In this document: piece by piece, positions 27,419 through 35,407 of the stretch
How positions within the stretch are numbered: the first letter of the stretch is position 1
Layout of the letters: each line of letters begins with the position of its first letter
From: an uncultured Chloroflexia bacterium
GTDB lineage: Bacteria; Chloroflexota; Limnocylindria; Limnocylindrales; CSP1-4
Direction: 5' to 3'
Assembly (NCBI GenBank): GCA_963698505.1
Contig: CAVORC010000013.1
Location: 3,378-67,377 of the forward strand
Length of the DNA: 64,000 nt
Notes under the pieces: model-generated
What the model saw: the letters and a program-made list of their open reading frames with translations, nothing else
Databases searched by the model: none
What the model was told of the DNA's origin: nothing
Position numbers and translations under genes: made by a program

Positions 27419-27651
27419 CTGTGAGACCTCCTTCGGACCTCCAGGGGTGCCCGACACTCCCGGTCGACGTCAGCTGATGGGTCCCATCACCGGTCTGTGC
27501 CTTGCCGCTGGATCCCGATCACCGTTCAGGGCCGAGGGTCGGGGGCCGGGATCTATTCACATCGGTCATCTGCCGCATAGCGGGTCGCCGGTCTCCCCGT
27601 GGGGTCGACGCCATCATCGACCCCACGACAAGGACGTATATCAGCGGGTTT
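27419..27651 (-). ncRNA. candidate IS110 bridge/seek RNA region (non-coding left end)
   Basis: 233 bp upstream of the recombinase with no credible ORF. A perfect 11-bp hairpin lies at 27598-27627 (cgtggggtcga/tcgaccccacg). The motifs catagcgggtcgccggtct (27576-27594) and gagggtcgg (27534-27542) echo the insertion site catagggtct/ggtcg. Confidence 0.35.
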
Positions 27652-27656
27652 GGTCT

Positions 27657-27708
27657 GGTCGTCGCCGCCACGCCGGCGGGCGGTCCGGCCCTTGACCCGC
27701 GGAGCGGG
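27657..27708. repeat. ~85-bp accessory-region repeat, copy A, right half
   Basis: ggtcgtcgccgccacgccggcgggcggtccggcccttgacccgcggagcggg aligns with copy B positions 28490-28552. Confidence 0.6.
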
Positions 27709-27730
27709 ATGTGGAGGCGGCGCGATGTGG

Positions 27731-28243
27731 CTACTTGCTCGGTGTCTCCACTGAAGGCGGTATGGCGCCCTCGTAGATGATGCCGACCACGCGGGGAGTA
27801 TCGTCAAGAGGCGCGGTCGTGTGGACGACGAAGGTCAGGCCCTCGTAGCCCGCAGTCCCGTTCAGCGCCGAGAAGCCACGCTCGGTGAAGGCAGTGTCGA
27901 TGGTCCCGGTGTAGGTGCCGATCCATGAGCCATCCGGTCCGACGAGGTCCTGGGTCCCCCAGGTAATGCACCCCGCCTGAGCAAGACAGTCGAAGTTGCT
28001 CGAGACGGTCGCCGTGCCGCTGACGCGTGGGTCGCTCATCGTGACGCTACAGGTGGCGACCACGTCGCGGGTGCGTTGGATCGCGCCGTCCTGTACCGGC
28101 GCGACCGCGCCGACGGAGCACTCCTGCTCCGTGAGGGTGACCCACGTGGCCGAATGGCCGACGATGGCATCAGCTTGCTCGGATCGAGCCGCCGCCGCGG
28201 CAGCCAGTCCGCCGAGCAGCGCCAGGGTGACTGTCCCTGTCAT
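27731..28243 (-). CDS. secreted hypothetical protein
   Basis: ATG at 28243. Signal-like MTGTVTLALLGGLAAAAAARS. 170 aa with four Cys. Confidence 0.5.
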   Translation of the reverse strand: MTGTVTLALLGGLAAAAAARSEQADAIVGHSATWVTLTEQECSVGAVAPVQDGAIQRTRDVVATCSVTMSDPRVSGTATVSSNFDCLAQAGCITWGTQDLVGPDGSWIGTYTGTIDTAFTERGFSALNGTAGYEGLTFVVHTTAPLDDTPRVVGIIYEGAIPPSVETPSK

Positions 28244-28472
28244 GGCTAGCCTCAACGTCCGCACGACATCTCCTGGTCCTGCGCGGGTCGGGTTCAGCCT
28301 GTAGCCCAGAGCGTCTCGGGCTACCGGCGTACGAGAGTCGGACCTCACGGCCTCCCGCTAGGTCCCATCACACTCCTGCTCAGCCGAAGCGTCAAGTGAC
28401 CGAGGTCCCGACCGGCGAGCTATCCGCCGTCGAGAACTCCGAGTCCCTGGCCGTCGAGACGTTGGCCAAATG

Positions 28473-28552
28473 GCCATCTATGAGGGTCTGGTCGTCGCTG
28501 CCACGGCGGCGCACGTCGCCGGGTCCTTCGGCCCTTGACCCGGGGACCGGGG
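28473..28552. repeat. ~85-bp accessory-region repeat, copy B (uninterrupted)
   Basis: gccatctatgagggtctggtcgtcgctgccacggcggcgcacgtcgccgggtccttcggcccttgacccggggaccgggg. Ends 20 nt before the ATG at 28572. Confidence 0.6.
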
Positions 28553-28571
28553 CTCAGAGGATAGGGACCTG

Positions 28572-29765
28572 ATGGGCAAGCCAACCGGGATGCTGGCGGG
28601 GCTTCTAGTGGCGGCGCTGGGGTCTGGGGCAGCGGCACAGGACTCGCCGCCAGAACCACCACCGTGGTTCGGTGGCCGTGTCGAGCTGCCTGAGCATGGG
28701 GTCGCCGTGACCTTCCCTGATGACTTGGTGGCGTTCGACCTCACCGAGGACATCGGCGCCCAGGTCGAAGCCGCCTACGGTGTCCCAGCGCCCGACACCG
28801 TGGCGTGGTTGCAGGCGCGTGCACCCGCCGACGGTGCACGTGAAGGGGAAGTGCTCGTCGCGTACTCGCAATCGTCGGTTTGCGCGCTGTCTGTCTTGCC
28901 GGCGTGGGCGTCGCTCCAAGACCCCCTCGGCCGTGACGCTCTGATGGCCGTCGTCAGCCAGCAGGCGTGCCTCACAAGCCACGAAGACATGGTGACGGTG
29001 GACCTCCCTGCCGGTCCCGCTGTCGTGGCGCACATCGAGGACGCGTGCTGGGGCCAGCACCGCGAACGCACTCTGTACTCCATCGTCTCCGGCGACCGAG
29101 CCGCACGTCTCACCTGTGACACCTCGGACCCGCCCGACGACGATTGGCTCTCCATCGCCGAGACCGTCGAGTTCCTGCTCGAGGAGGGGGCCGAGCCACC
29201 GCCGTGGGTCGGTGGTCAGCGCGTCGAGATGGCCGCGCTTGGCTTCGCGGTCACCGTGCCCGAGGACTGGGTCGCGTTCGACCTTGCAGCCGATATCGTG
29301 GGCCAATCCGAGGCGGCATCCCAGGTCGTTGACCCGGCCGCGTGGTCTGCCGATGCCGCGGGCCTCAGCATGGTGCTTGCCTACGCAGCCTCGGAAGGCC
29401 ACCAGCTGGAGCTCATCAACGCAACGGGCGGCGACATCTGCGCTGTGATGAACCACCGAGGCGTGGCCGTGCAAGTGGACGCCATCGCAGAGATCGCGTA
29501 CGGGAGGTACGTCGATAGCCCCGACGCTCGAGACGTCGAGCCGCCGCAACGCATCGACCTGCCTGCTGGACCGGCCTCCTTCGTGCGAGTATCGGAACGA
29601 GCCGAGCCGGGCGCGGACGCATGGGTCCCGCTGTCGATGTGGTACCTGCGCGGCGCCGATGGGGACGTACTAGCGGTGGTCTGCTCCACGGACGCCACGG
29701 CCGGCTTGGATGAGGACTGGCTCGCCATCGCCGAGAGCATCGAGCTCCTGCCCGCCGAGGAGTAG
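28572..29765 (+). CDS. secreted hypothetical protein made of two ~190-aa tandem repeats
   Basis: Signal peptide MGKPTGMLAGLLVAALGSGAAAQ. Halves begin PPPWFGGRVELPEHGVAVTFPDDLVAFDL and PPPWVGGQRVEMAALGFAVTVPEDWVAFDL, and end DDDWLSIAETVEFLLEE and DEDWLAIAESIELLPAEE. Confidence 0.6.
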   Translation: MGKPTGMLAGLLVAALGSGAAAQDSPPEPPPWFGGRVELPEHGVAVTFPDDLVAFDLTEDIGAQVEAAYGVPAPDTVAWLQARAPADGAREGEVLVAYSQSSVCALSVLPAWASLQDPLGRDALMAVVSQQACLTSHEDMVTVDLPAGPAVVAHIEDACWGQHRERTLYSIVSGDRAARLTCDTSDPPDDDWLSIAETVEFLLEEGAEPPPWVGGQRVEMAALGFAVTVPEDWVAFDLAADIVGQSEAASQVVDPAAWSADAAGLSMVLAYAASEGHQLELINATGGDICAVMNHRGVAVQVDAIAEIAYGRYVDSPDARDVEPPQRIDLPAGPASFVRVSERAEPGADAWVPLSMWYLRGADGDVLAVVCSTDATAGLDEDWLAIAESIELLPAEE

Positions 29766-29789
29766 GCGGGCGGGGGTCGGTAGCTCCAG

Positions 29790-29862
29790 GGAATCGCCAT
29801 GTGTCGAGGGCTGTGTCTGGTCGCCGCGGCCATGCTGCCATACGGTCCGGTCCATGACCGCG
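29790..29862. repeat. ~85-bp accessory-region repeat, copy C
   Basis: ggaatcgccatgtgtcgagggctgtgtctggtcgccgcggccatgctgccatacggtccggtccatgaccgcg. Shares ggaatcgccatg, gaggg..tctggtcg and cggtccgg.cc.tgacc.gcg with copies A and B. Confidence 0.55.
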
Positions 29863-30421
29863 TCAGTGGCGAGGGGAGGATGGAGGACATCCACACGAGG
29901 GGGAGCGGGATACGGTAGCGCTCCATCTCCAGCACGGTGCTCTTACTAGGGTGGCGACGTACGGGAGGAGCACTGCTCGATCAGTTCCTGCCCGACCTCC
30001 CGGATCGGATGGCATACTCGCCATCGGCTCAGCACGGTCCAGGGCGGCCATGGTCGACGGGCCGTATCTCGCAGCCTCCCGCCACACATGGGAACGCGAG
30101 CGGTGTTTCGCTCGGTTCCATCTCCGTCGTGGCGCTACCCTCCACCGCAGCGCCGAGCTAGACGCCATCATCATCTGGTCGATGCCGTCGGTCTCGTGGG
30201 GCAGTGCCCCACGAGGAAAGTCGGCCGGCGATGCGCCTCACGCCGACGGTACACGTGTGGCGCGGCAGGTGGCGATGTGCGACGACCCAGAGGCGGTGCT
30301 GAACGTGCTGCTTGAGTCGCGGGTACAGAGACATGCGGGCTACGGAGACAGACCGTGAGGCCCGCCCCTCGCGGGACGGGCCTCAGGCAGCCGAGGTGGC
30401 GCCGACGCGGCGCGCCGGGAT

Positions 30422-30979
30422 CTACTCGGCTGGCGGCTCCGGGGCGGCGAGGGTGATCTCGCCGGTGTAGTCGAGCGTGATGTCACCCGGGATGTCAGCG
30501 GCGCCGACCATCGTGCCGGTCCCGGCGGCGTGCATGAACCGTCCGGTCCCGCCGACGGCTTCCCAGGTCCCATCCAGTTGGAAGCCGGTGGGTTCGCCGT
30601 CGTCGCCGACGAAGACCTCGGTGGTCGGGATGTCATGGACGACCGAGAGCATGTCGCCCTCAGCCGTCTCGAACGTGGTCATCTCCTCGTAGTAGGTCGG
30701 GGGCGCACCGCTCGCGGGGTCGTAGACCGTGCAGTGGGTCATGTACGCCTCGACCTCGCCGAGGCCCGAGAGCTCGCCCGAGGCCACGATCTTGAAGCGC
30801 CAGGCGGTGCCCGGAAGGTCACAGGCCGGCGCCGTCACATCGGGCCACTGCGCGCCGACCAGCGTCCCCTCCATCGAGACCGGTGCCGACTCTGGATCCT
30901 GCGCGGCCGCCGGAGCGGTCAGCGCCAGCAGGAGCGCAACGGCCGCGCCACCAGCGCAGGCCATCCGCAAGGTACGCAT
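30422..30979 (-). CDS. secreted hypothetical protein
   Basis: Signal peptide MRTLRMACAGGAAVALLLALTAPAAAQ. 185 aa with high GC3. Confidence 0.55.
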   Translation of the reverse strand: MRTLRMACAGGAAVALLLALTAPAAAQDPESAPVSMEGTLVGAQWPDVTAPACDLPGTAWRFKIVASGELSGLGEVEAYMTHCTVYDPASGAPPTYYEEMTTFETAEGDMLSVVHDIPTTEVFVGDDGEPTGFQLDGTWEAVGGTGRFMHAAGTGTMVGAADIPGDITLDYTGEITLAAPEPPAE

Positions 30980-31254
30980 GAGGGTTCCCCCTTCACGTGC
31001 GCGGGCCGGGTCCGCCAGTGGCTCGGCGTGGCCCCGGCGGCCAGGGCATGGGCCGCGCGTCGTCGCCTCCCGCTACGGTGATTCTCTCGCGGGTGTCCAC
31101 CTACTCCACGGGCTCGCTATATCAGACGCCATGAACTGTGGTCCCGGTTCGGTCGTCCGCGACCTCGTGGATGACGCCGCGCTGTGGGCCAGACGGCTCT
31201 TGACCAGGCGCTCGGGTGCGAAAGGATGGAGGCATCTGCAGCGGGGAACGCCAC

Positions 31255-32022
31255 ATGCACCGGAAGCTCTCGGTCCTCGTGATCGGGATGCTGGCGGCGA
31301 GTCTGTCAGGGTGCCAGCTGGTCGACGCGCTCTGGTCGGATGGCGCGGGCCAGGTCCACGTGATGGGGATCTGTGCCACCTACCAGGTGGTGGCCACGGA
31401 TGACCAGGAGGTCACGCCCGAGATCCTGGAGCAGACGCGCACCATCGTCGAGAACCGTGTCAACGCCACCGGCGTCGCCGAGCCCATCGTCGTCACCCAG
31501 GGTGGTGACCGCATCTCGGTGGAGCTGCCCGGCGTCGAGGACGAAGCTGACATCCGCAGCCTTCGCAGCCTCATCGGCACCACCGGCGTGCTCGAGTTCA
31601 TGCCTGTGCCGCCGGAGCTGCAGGGCCTGGTGGGTGAGGGGCCGCTGCCGGAGGGCATGCAGGACATCGAACCGCTGTTCACCGGTGCGGAGATCGCCAG
31701 CGCCGCCAGCGTGCAGGACGAGACCACAGGTGAGTTCGTGCTCGACCTGCAGCTCAAGGACACTGGCGCGCGCCTGTTCGACGAGTACGCCGCCGACCAC
31801 TACGGTGAGCAGTTCGCCATCGTGCTCGACGGCGAGGTCATGTCAGCTCCGGCCATCCGCGCCACACGCTTCGGTGGACGGGCCCAGATCTCGGGCGGCA
31901 CCGGCGGCTTCGCTGCCAGCGAGGCCCAGTCGCTGGTGACGGTCCTGAAGTTCGGCTCGCTGCCCCTGGAGATCCGTGAGGTCGGCTTCGAAGCCTGCGA
32001 GAGACCAGGCCCCGGCACGTGA
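31255..32022 (+). CDS. lipoprotein consisting of a SecD/SecDF P1-head-like periplasmic domain (no membrane domain)
   Basis: ATG at 31255 with lipobox LAASLSGC. IVENRVNATGVAEPIVVTQGGDRISVELPGVEDEADIRSL..GTTGVLEF and FAIVLDGEVMSAPAIRA..GGRAQISGG...EAQSLVTVLKFGSLPLE parallel the E. coli SecD periplasmic domain. Confidence 0.75.
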   Translation: MHRKLSVLVIGMLAASLSGCQLVDALWSDGAGQVHVMGICATYQVVATDDQEVTPEILEQTRTIVENRVNATGVAEPIVVTQGGDRISVELPGVEDEADIRSLRSLIGTTGVLEFMPVPPELQGLVGEGPLPEGMQDIEPLFTGAEIASAASVQDETTGEFVLDLQLKDTGARLFDEYAADHYGEQFAIVLDGEVMSAPAIRATRFGGRAQISGGTGGFAASEAQSLVTVLKFGSLPLEIREVGFEACERPGPGT

Positions 32023-32201
32023 TCCCAGGACCGCACGGAGGAGATCGACTCCCGACCCCCGGGAAGGGGCCAGCCCTCGACCGCTGTTGACACGTGTCAC
32101 CCAGCCGTCCGGGCCCCGCCCCACTATCGGGCCACGGCCGACTCGCCCGGCCGTTGCTAGCGTGCACCACTGTCCAGCGATAGCGGCTCGAGGAGCTCAT
32201 C

Positions 32202-33449
32202 TTGCGCATGGAGCACGTCGCCGTCGCGCCTCGGCCGGCGATCCGGGTCCCGAGCCGGGCCCGCAGTGAGCGTGCCGCGGCGCAGCGGACGCTGGCATGG
32301 GTCGGCGTGGGCCTCGGGGTCGTCTTCGGCCTGCTGTATCTGATCGTTGGCCCCGGCAAGGAAGGCCACGACTCTCACTACCTGTTCGCGCAGGCGTTCC
32401 TCGAAGGACGCCTCTATGTCGAGGGCTCGTATCCCTGGCTGGAGCTCGTCCCTCGGGCCGAGGGTGGCTGGTATACGCCGTTCCCACCGCTCCTCAGCGT
32501 CGCGCTGATGCCCTTCGCAGCGTCCGGCATCGTGATCGACACGAACCTCATCGCCGCGTTGATGGGCGGCGTCTCCGTGGTCCTGGTCTGGTGGATGCTG
32601 GGGCGACTATCCGTCAGTCTCCTGGTCCGATCGGGCCTGACGCTCTCGTGGGCTGTCGGTTCTCAGCTGCTATGGCTCGCCGGTGAAGGAGGACAGCACC
32701 TCGCGCCCCAAGTGACGGCGGCGGTGCTCCTGCTGGCGGTGTTGACGCTCGGCCTCGAGCGTCGGTGGCCGTTCCTCGCCGGCCTGCTCCTGGCCGCGGC
32801 GGTCTGTGCGCGGCTCCCGCTCGTCTTCGCGCTCCCGCTCGTTCTCTGGATGTACCGCCCGGACCGCCAGGCGGCGTCGATCGCGGGGCGGCACCCATGG
32901 TCGCTCGTGCTGGTGGCGATGATCGTCCCCGGCCTGCTGGTGGCGCTCTACAACGTGGCCCGCTTCGGCAGCCCCGTCGAGTTCGGCTACGGCATGATCG
33001 AGAGCATCGATGGGCAGCATGTGCTCGACGAGCCCTGGTACCACGACGGCATCGTCTCGCTCGCGTACCTGCCCAACGGCCTCTACACCATGCTCCTTCG
33101 CGGGTTCGAGGTCCGCGACTCGTTCCCGTGGGTCTATGGCAGCATCGCCGGCACGTCCATCCTGCTGACCATGCCCATCCTGTGGTGGATCGCCGAGGCC
33201 CGCGGCCGGCTGGCGGCGGCAGCTGCTGTCTCGGTGGTCCTGGTGATGCTGCCGAACCTGCTCCACGGCAACCCCGGCTTCGCCCAGATAGGCTACCGCT
33301 TCATCCTCGACGCCCTGCCGATCCTATGGCTCCTGCTGGGTATCGCGTTCCACCGGTCGATGCCGCGGGCAGCGGCGGTCGCGCTCGGTGCCGGCATCGT
33401 GGCCAACGTATGGCTGGCGACGGTCTACTGGTCGGGGCTCGTCGATTAG
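32202..33449 (+). CDS. polytopic membrane protein, GT-C-type glycosyltransferase-like
   Basis: 415 aa with at least 10 hydrophobic helices. First loop HDSHYLFAQAFLEGRLYVEG..WYTPFPPLLS. TTG at 32202 or ATG at 32208, after GAGGAG. Confidence 0.55.
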   Translation: MRMEHVAVAPRPAIRVPSRARSERAAAQRTLAWVGVGLGVVFGLLYLIVGPGKEGHDSHYLFAQAFLEGRLYVEGSYPWLELVPRAEGGWYTPFPPLLSVALMPFAASGIVIDTNLIAALMGGVSVVLVWWMLGRLSVSLLVRSGLTLSWAVGSQLLWLAGEGGQHLAPQVTAAVLLLAVLTLGLERRWPFLAGLLLAAAVCARLPLVFALPLVLWMYRPDRQAASIAGRHPWSLVLVAMIVPGLLVALYNVARFGSPVEFGYGMIESIDGQHVLDEPWYHDGIVSLAYLPNGLYTMLLRGFEVRDSFPWVYGSIAGTSILLTMPILWWIAEARGRLAAAAAVSVVLVMLPNLLHGNPGFAQIGYRFILDALPILWLLLGIAFHRSMPRAAAVALGAGIVANVWLATVYWSGLVD

Positions 33450-33654
33450 GCCATCCAACGAGCGTCGCGTTGCTCCTCCCGTCGGCTACGGTGCCGCCGA
33501 GCGACGAGCATGCCGACCTGGGTGACGGTCAACAGAACGCCGCTGATCACGCTATCTCCTCTCCGACTTGGTGACCTCGGGACCGGGTCGGCCCACGGCG
33601 GCGCTGTCGCCAGCATGCTCCACCCGCCTCTGCGGCGAAGGCTGTCGTGCCGTG

Positions 33655-34062
33655 TCAGTCGCGCGGTGCTGCCGTCACGCCGGAGGACCGAGTCGTAGCC
33701 GCCGCCACGAAGTCGCGCAACGTCTTGCGGCCCTTCTCGCCCACGAGGCGGGACTCGAAGCGCACCCGCCCCACGTCGATGAAGAGCTGGTACTCATCGT
33801 CGGACTGGTCGGTCCAGGGGTCGCTACCATCGCTCAGGCGAATGGTGTCCCACGGCGCCCAGCGGGTCATCCAGCGTCCGTCGGTGCCGCCGGGATCGGC
33901 GACGACGATGGCGAGCGCCGCGGCGGCGGCCACCAGCAGCGCCTCCGCAGCGCTGGCACTGACGATGACCGGCAGCACTGCGCGCACGTCCTCGTTCCTG
34001 AACTGCCCGGCGATGAGCTCGACGGGCAAGCTGGAAAGGTCTCGGAGTTGCATGAACTGCAC
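33655..34062 (-). CDS. hypothetical protein
   Basis: 135-aa ORF with high GC3 and no recognisable motif. Confidence 0.5.
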   Translation of the reverse strand: MQFMQLRDLSSLPVELIAGQFRNEDVRAVLPVIVSASAAEALLVAAAAALAIVVADPGGTDGRWMTRWAPWDTIRLSDGSDPWTDQSDDEYQLFIDVGRVRFESRLVGEKGRKTLRDFVAAATTRSSGVTAAPRD

Positions 34063-34168
34063 GACGACACCTCTGTTGCCGGCGCCACGGCGACGCTGGC
34101 GACCCTACGATACGCCTCCGGGCCAAGGGGCGGTGAGGTGCCTCCACCCGATCGTGTGGGAGTCTCGG

Positions 34169-35407
34169 CTAGGGCAGGGCGTCGAGAGCGAACTCGGTGG
34201 TGATGCCGCTGGCAGCCTCGGACCGCGAAATCGCCAGCAGCACGCCGGTCCCGAGGTGATACGTCGCGCGTCCTGTGATGCCCGGCATCTGCGACAGGAT
34301 CGTGACCGCATCGCCCGCCGGTCCTGCTCCGGTCCACTCCACGGAGACGCGTTCGCCGGTGATGGGATCCTCATCGATGAGCTGGCCTGGCTCGGCCAGG
34401 GCGAGGAGCCCCGGGTCGATCCAATAGGGCCCGCCGCCGCCGGCCACGCCGGTGCCCGTCGTCAGGTTGGGAACGCCGGCGAAGTCCACCAGGACCTCGG
34501 TGCCGTACGCCATCCAGGTCGGCCCTCCCTCACGGAAGGTCACTCCCATGCGCGCCGAGTACGTGACCGGCTGCCCCAGCGAGTCATACGGGTTCACGAA
34601 CGTCCACATCCCGCCGTAGCCAAGCTGCGCCCCCGGGACGGCCCACGCCGGCGGTTCAGCCACGAGCGCCGCGTTGTCGCGCTGCCGTACGCCAAGGAGG
34701 CGGATGATGGTGATCTGGGTATTGCCGGCCGGGGGCTCCTCGCCCTCTGCGTAGACCGGCGATGCCCGACCCTGCGTTCGCGTCGTCCCCGAGAGCAGTA
34801 GCCCCGTCGCGGTGTCGTAGATCCACGAAGAGTACGCAGCAGGGTCCAGGTTGGCGATGGCGATCGCCTCGTACGTCGTGCCCTCGACGTCGTACGGGCC
34901 GCGCAGGATCTTCAACGCGCCGACAGCGGTCTGCGGAAGGCGAGCGAGCAGCGCGGGATGCACCCAGATCTCCTCCGCCGCCGCGCCGGCATCGGTCGCT
35001 CCGCCAGCCATGCCGCCGAAGAAGCGACCAGCGGAGCGGTCCAGGCCGTACAGGACCCACTGCAGTCCGACCGATTCACCCGCGGTGCCAACGACATCGG
35101 CCTGGAAGATGCCCTCGCCGGACGCGGTCGGCGTGTCGATCTGGCCGTACCGCTCCCCGGTGTCGGGATCCACCCAGCTGCCGTTGGGATCCAGCTCCCA
35201 CTGCTTGGAGGCATTGGCGACCGATGCCCCCGCGGCATAGAAGGTAACCCGTGTACCGGGTGTCACCCATGCCGGCGGTGCCAGCTGTTCATCGGGGAAG
35301 AGCGCCCCGGCACCTGATTGCGCCACCGCGCCGCTGTCCTCCAGCAGGCTGATGCCGACCGCCATGAGGAGTGCGACCATCACCGCCATACCCCGCTGAA
35401 GACTCAT
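34169..35407 (-). CDS. secreted hypothetical protein with internal duplication
   Basis: ATG at 35407 in track ORF 34169..35611. Signal peptide MSLQRGMAVMVALLMAVGISLL. Two halves start APPAWVTPGTRVTF and EPPAWAVPGAQLGY, each containing W(V/I)xPxLLA. Confidence 0.6.
   Translation of the reverse strand: MSLQRGMAVMVALLMAVGISLLEDSGAVAQSGAGALFPDEQLAPPAWVTPGTRVTFYAAGASVANASKQWELDPNGSWVDPDTGERYGQIDTPTASGEGIFQADVVGTAGESVGLQWVLYGLDRSAGRFFGGMAGGATDAGAAAEEIWVHPALLARLPQTAVGALKILRGPYDVEGTTYEAIAIANLDPAAYSSWIYDTATGLLLSGTTRTQGRASPVYAEGEEPPAGNTQITIIRLLGVRQRDNAALVAEPPAWAVPGAQLGYGGMWTFVNPYDSLGQPVTYSARMGVTFREGGPTWMAYGTEVLVDFAGVPNLTTGTGVAGGGGPYWIDPGLLALAEPGQLIDEDPITGERVSVEWTGAGPAGDAVTILSQMPGITGRATYHLGTGVLLAISRSEAASGITTEFALDALP

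Larger units (their letters stand above)
26221..27656 (-). mobile_element. IS110-family insertion sequence, ~1.43 kb (boundaries inferred)
   Basis: A DEDD-type transposase gene plus a 233-bp upstream non-coding end. GGTCT is present at both junctions (26221-26225 and 27652-27656). Joining the flanks recreates the block agggtctggtcgtcgc, which is seen intact in repeat copy B. Confidence 0.6.

Noticed and set aside
27480-27490. 11-mer ggtcccatcac shared between the IS110 non-coding end (27480-27490) and 28361-28371. I first used it, together with TCCCAT at 26213-26218, to place the IS ends about 1.27 kb apart.
   Set aside because: That placement would leave under 90 bp of non-coding DNA, too little for an IS110 end. 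The flank-joining test against repeat copy B supports ends at 26221-26226 and 27651-27656 instead. An isolated 11-mer match may be chance.
28535-28574. TTGACC at 28535-28540 in repeat copy B as the -35 box of a promoter for the 28572 gene.
   Set aside because: I could not find an acceptable -10 hexamer (TANNNT) at 16-19 nt spacing. The conserved TTGACC may serve another role.
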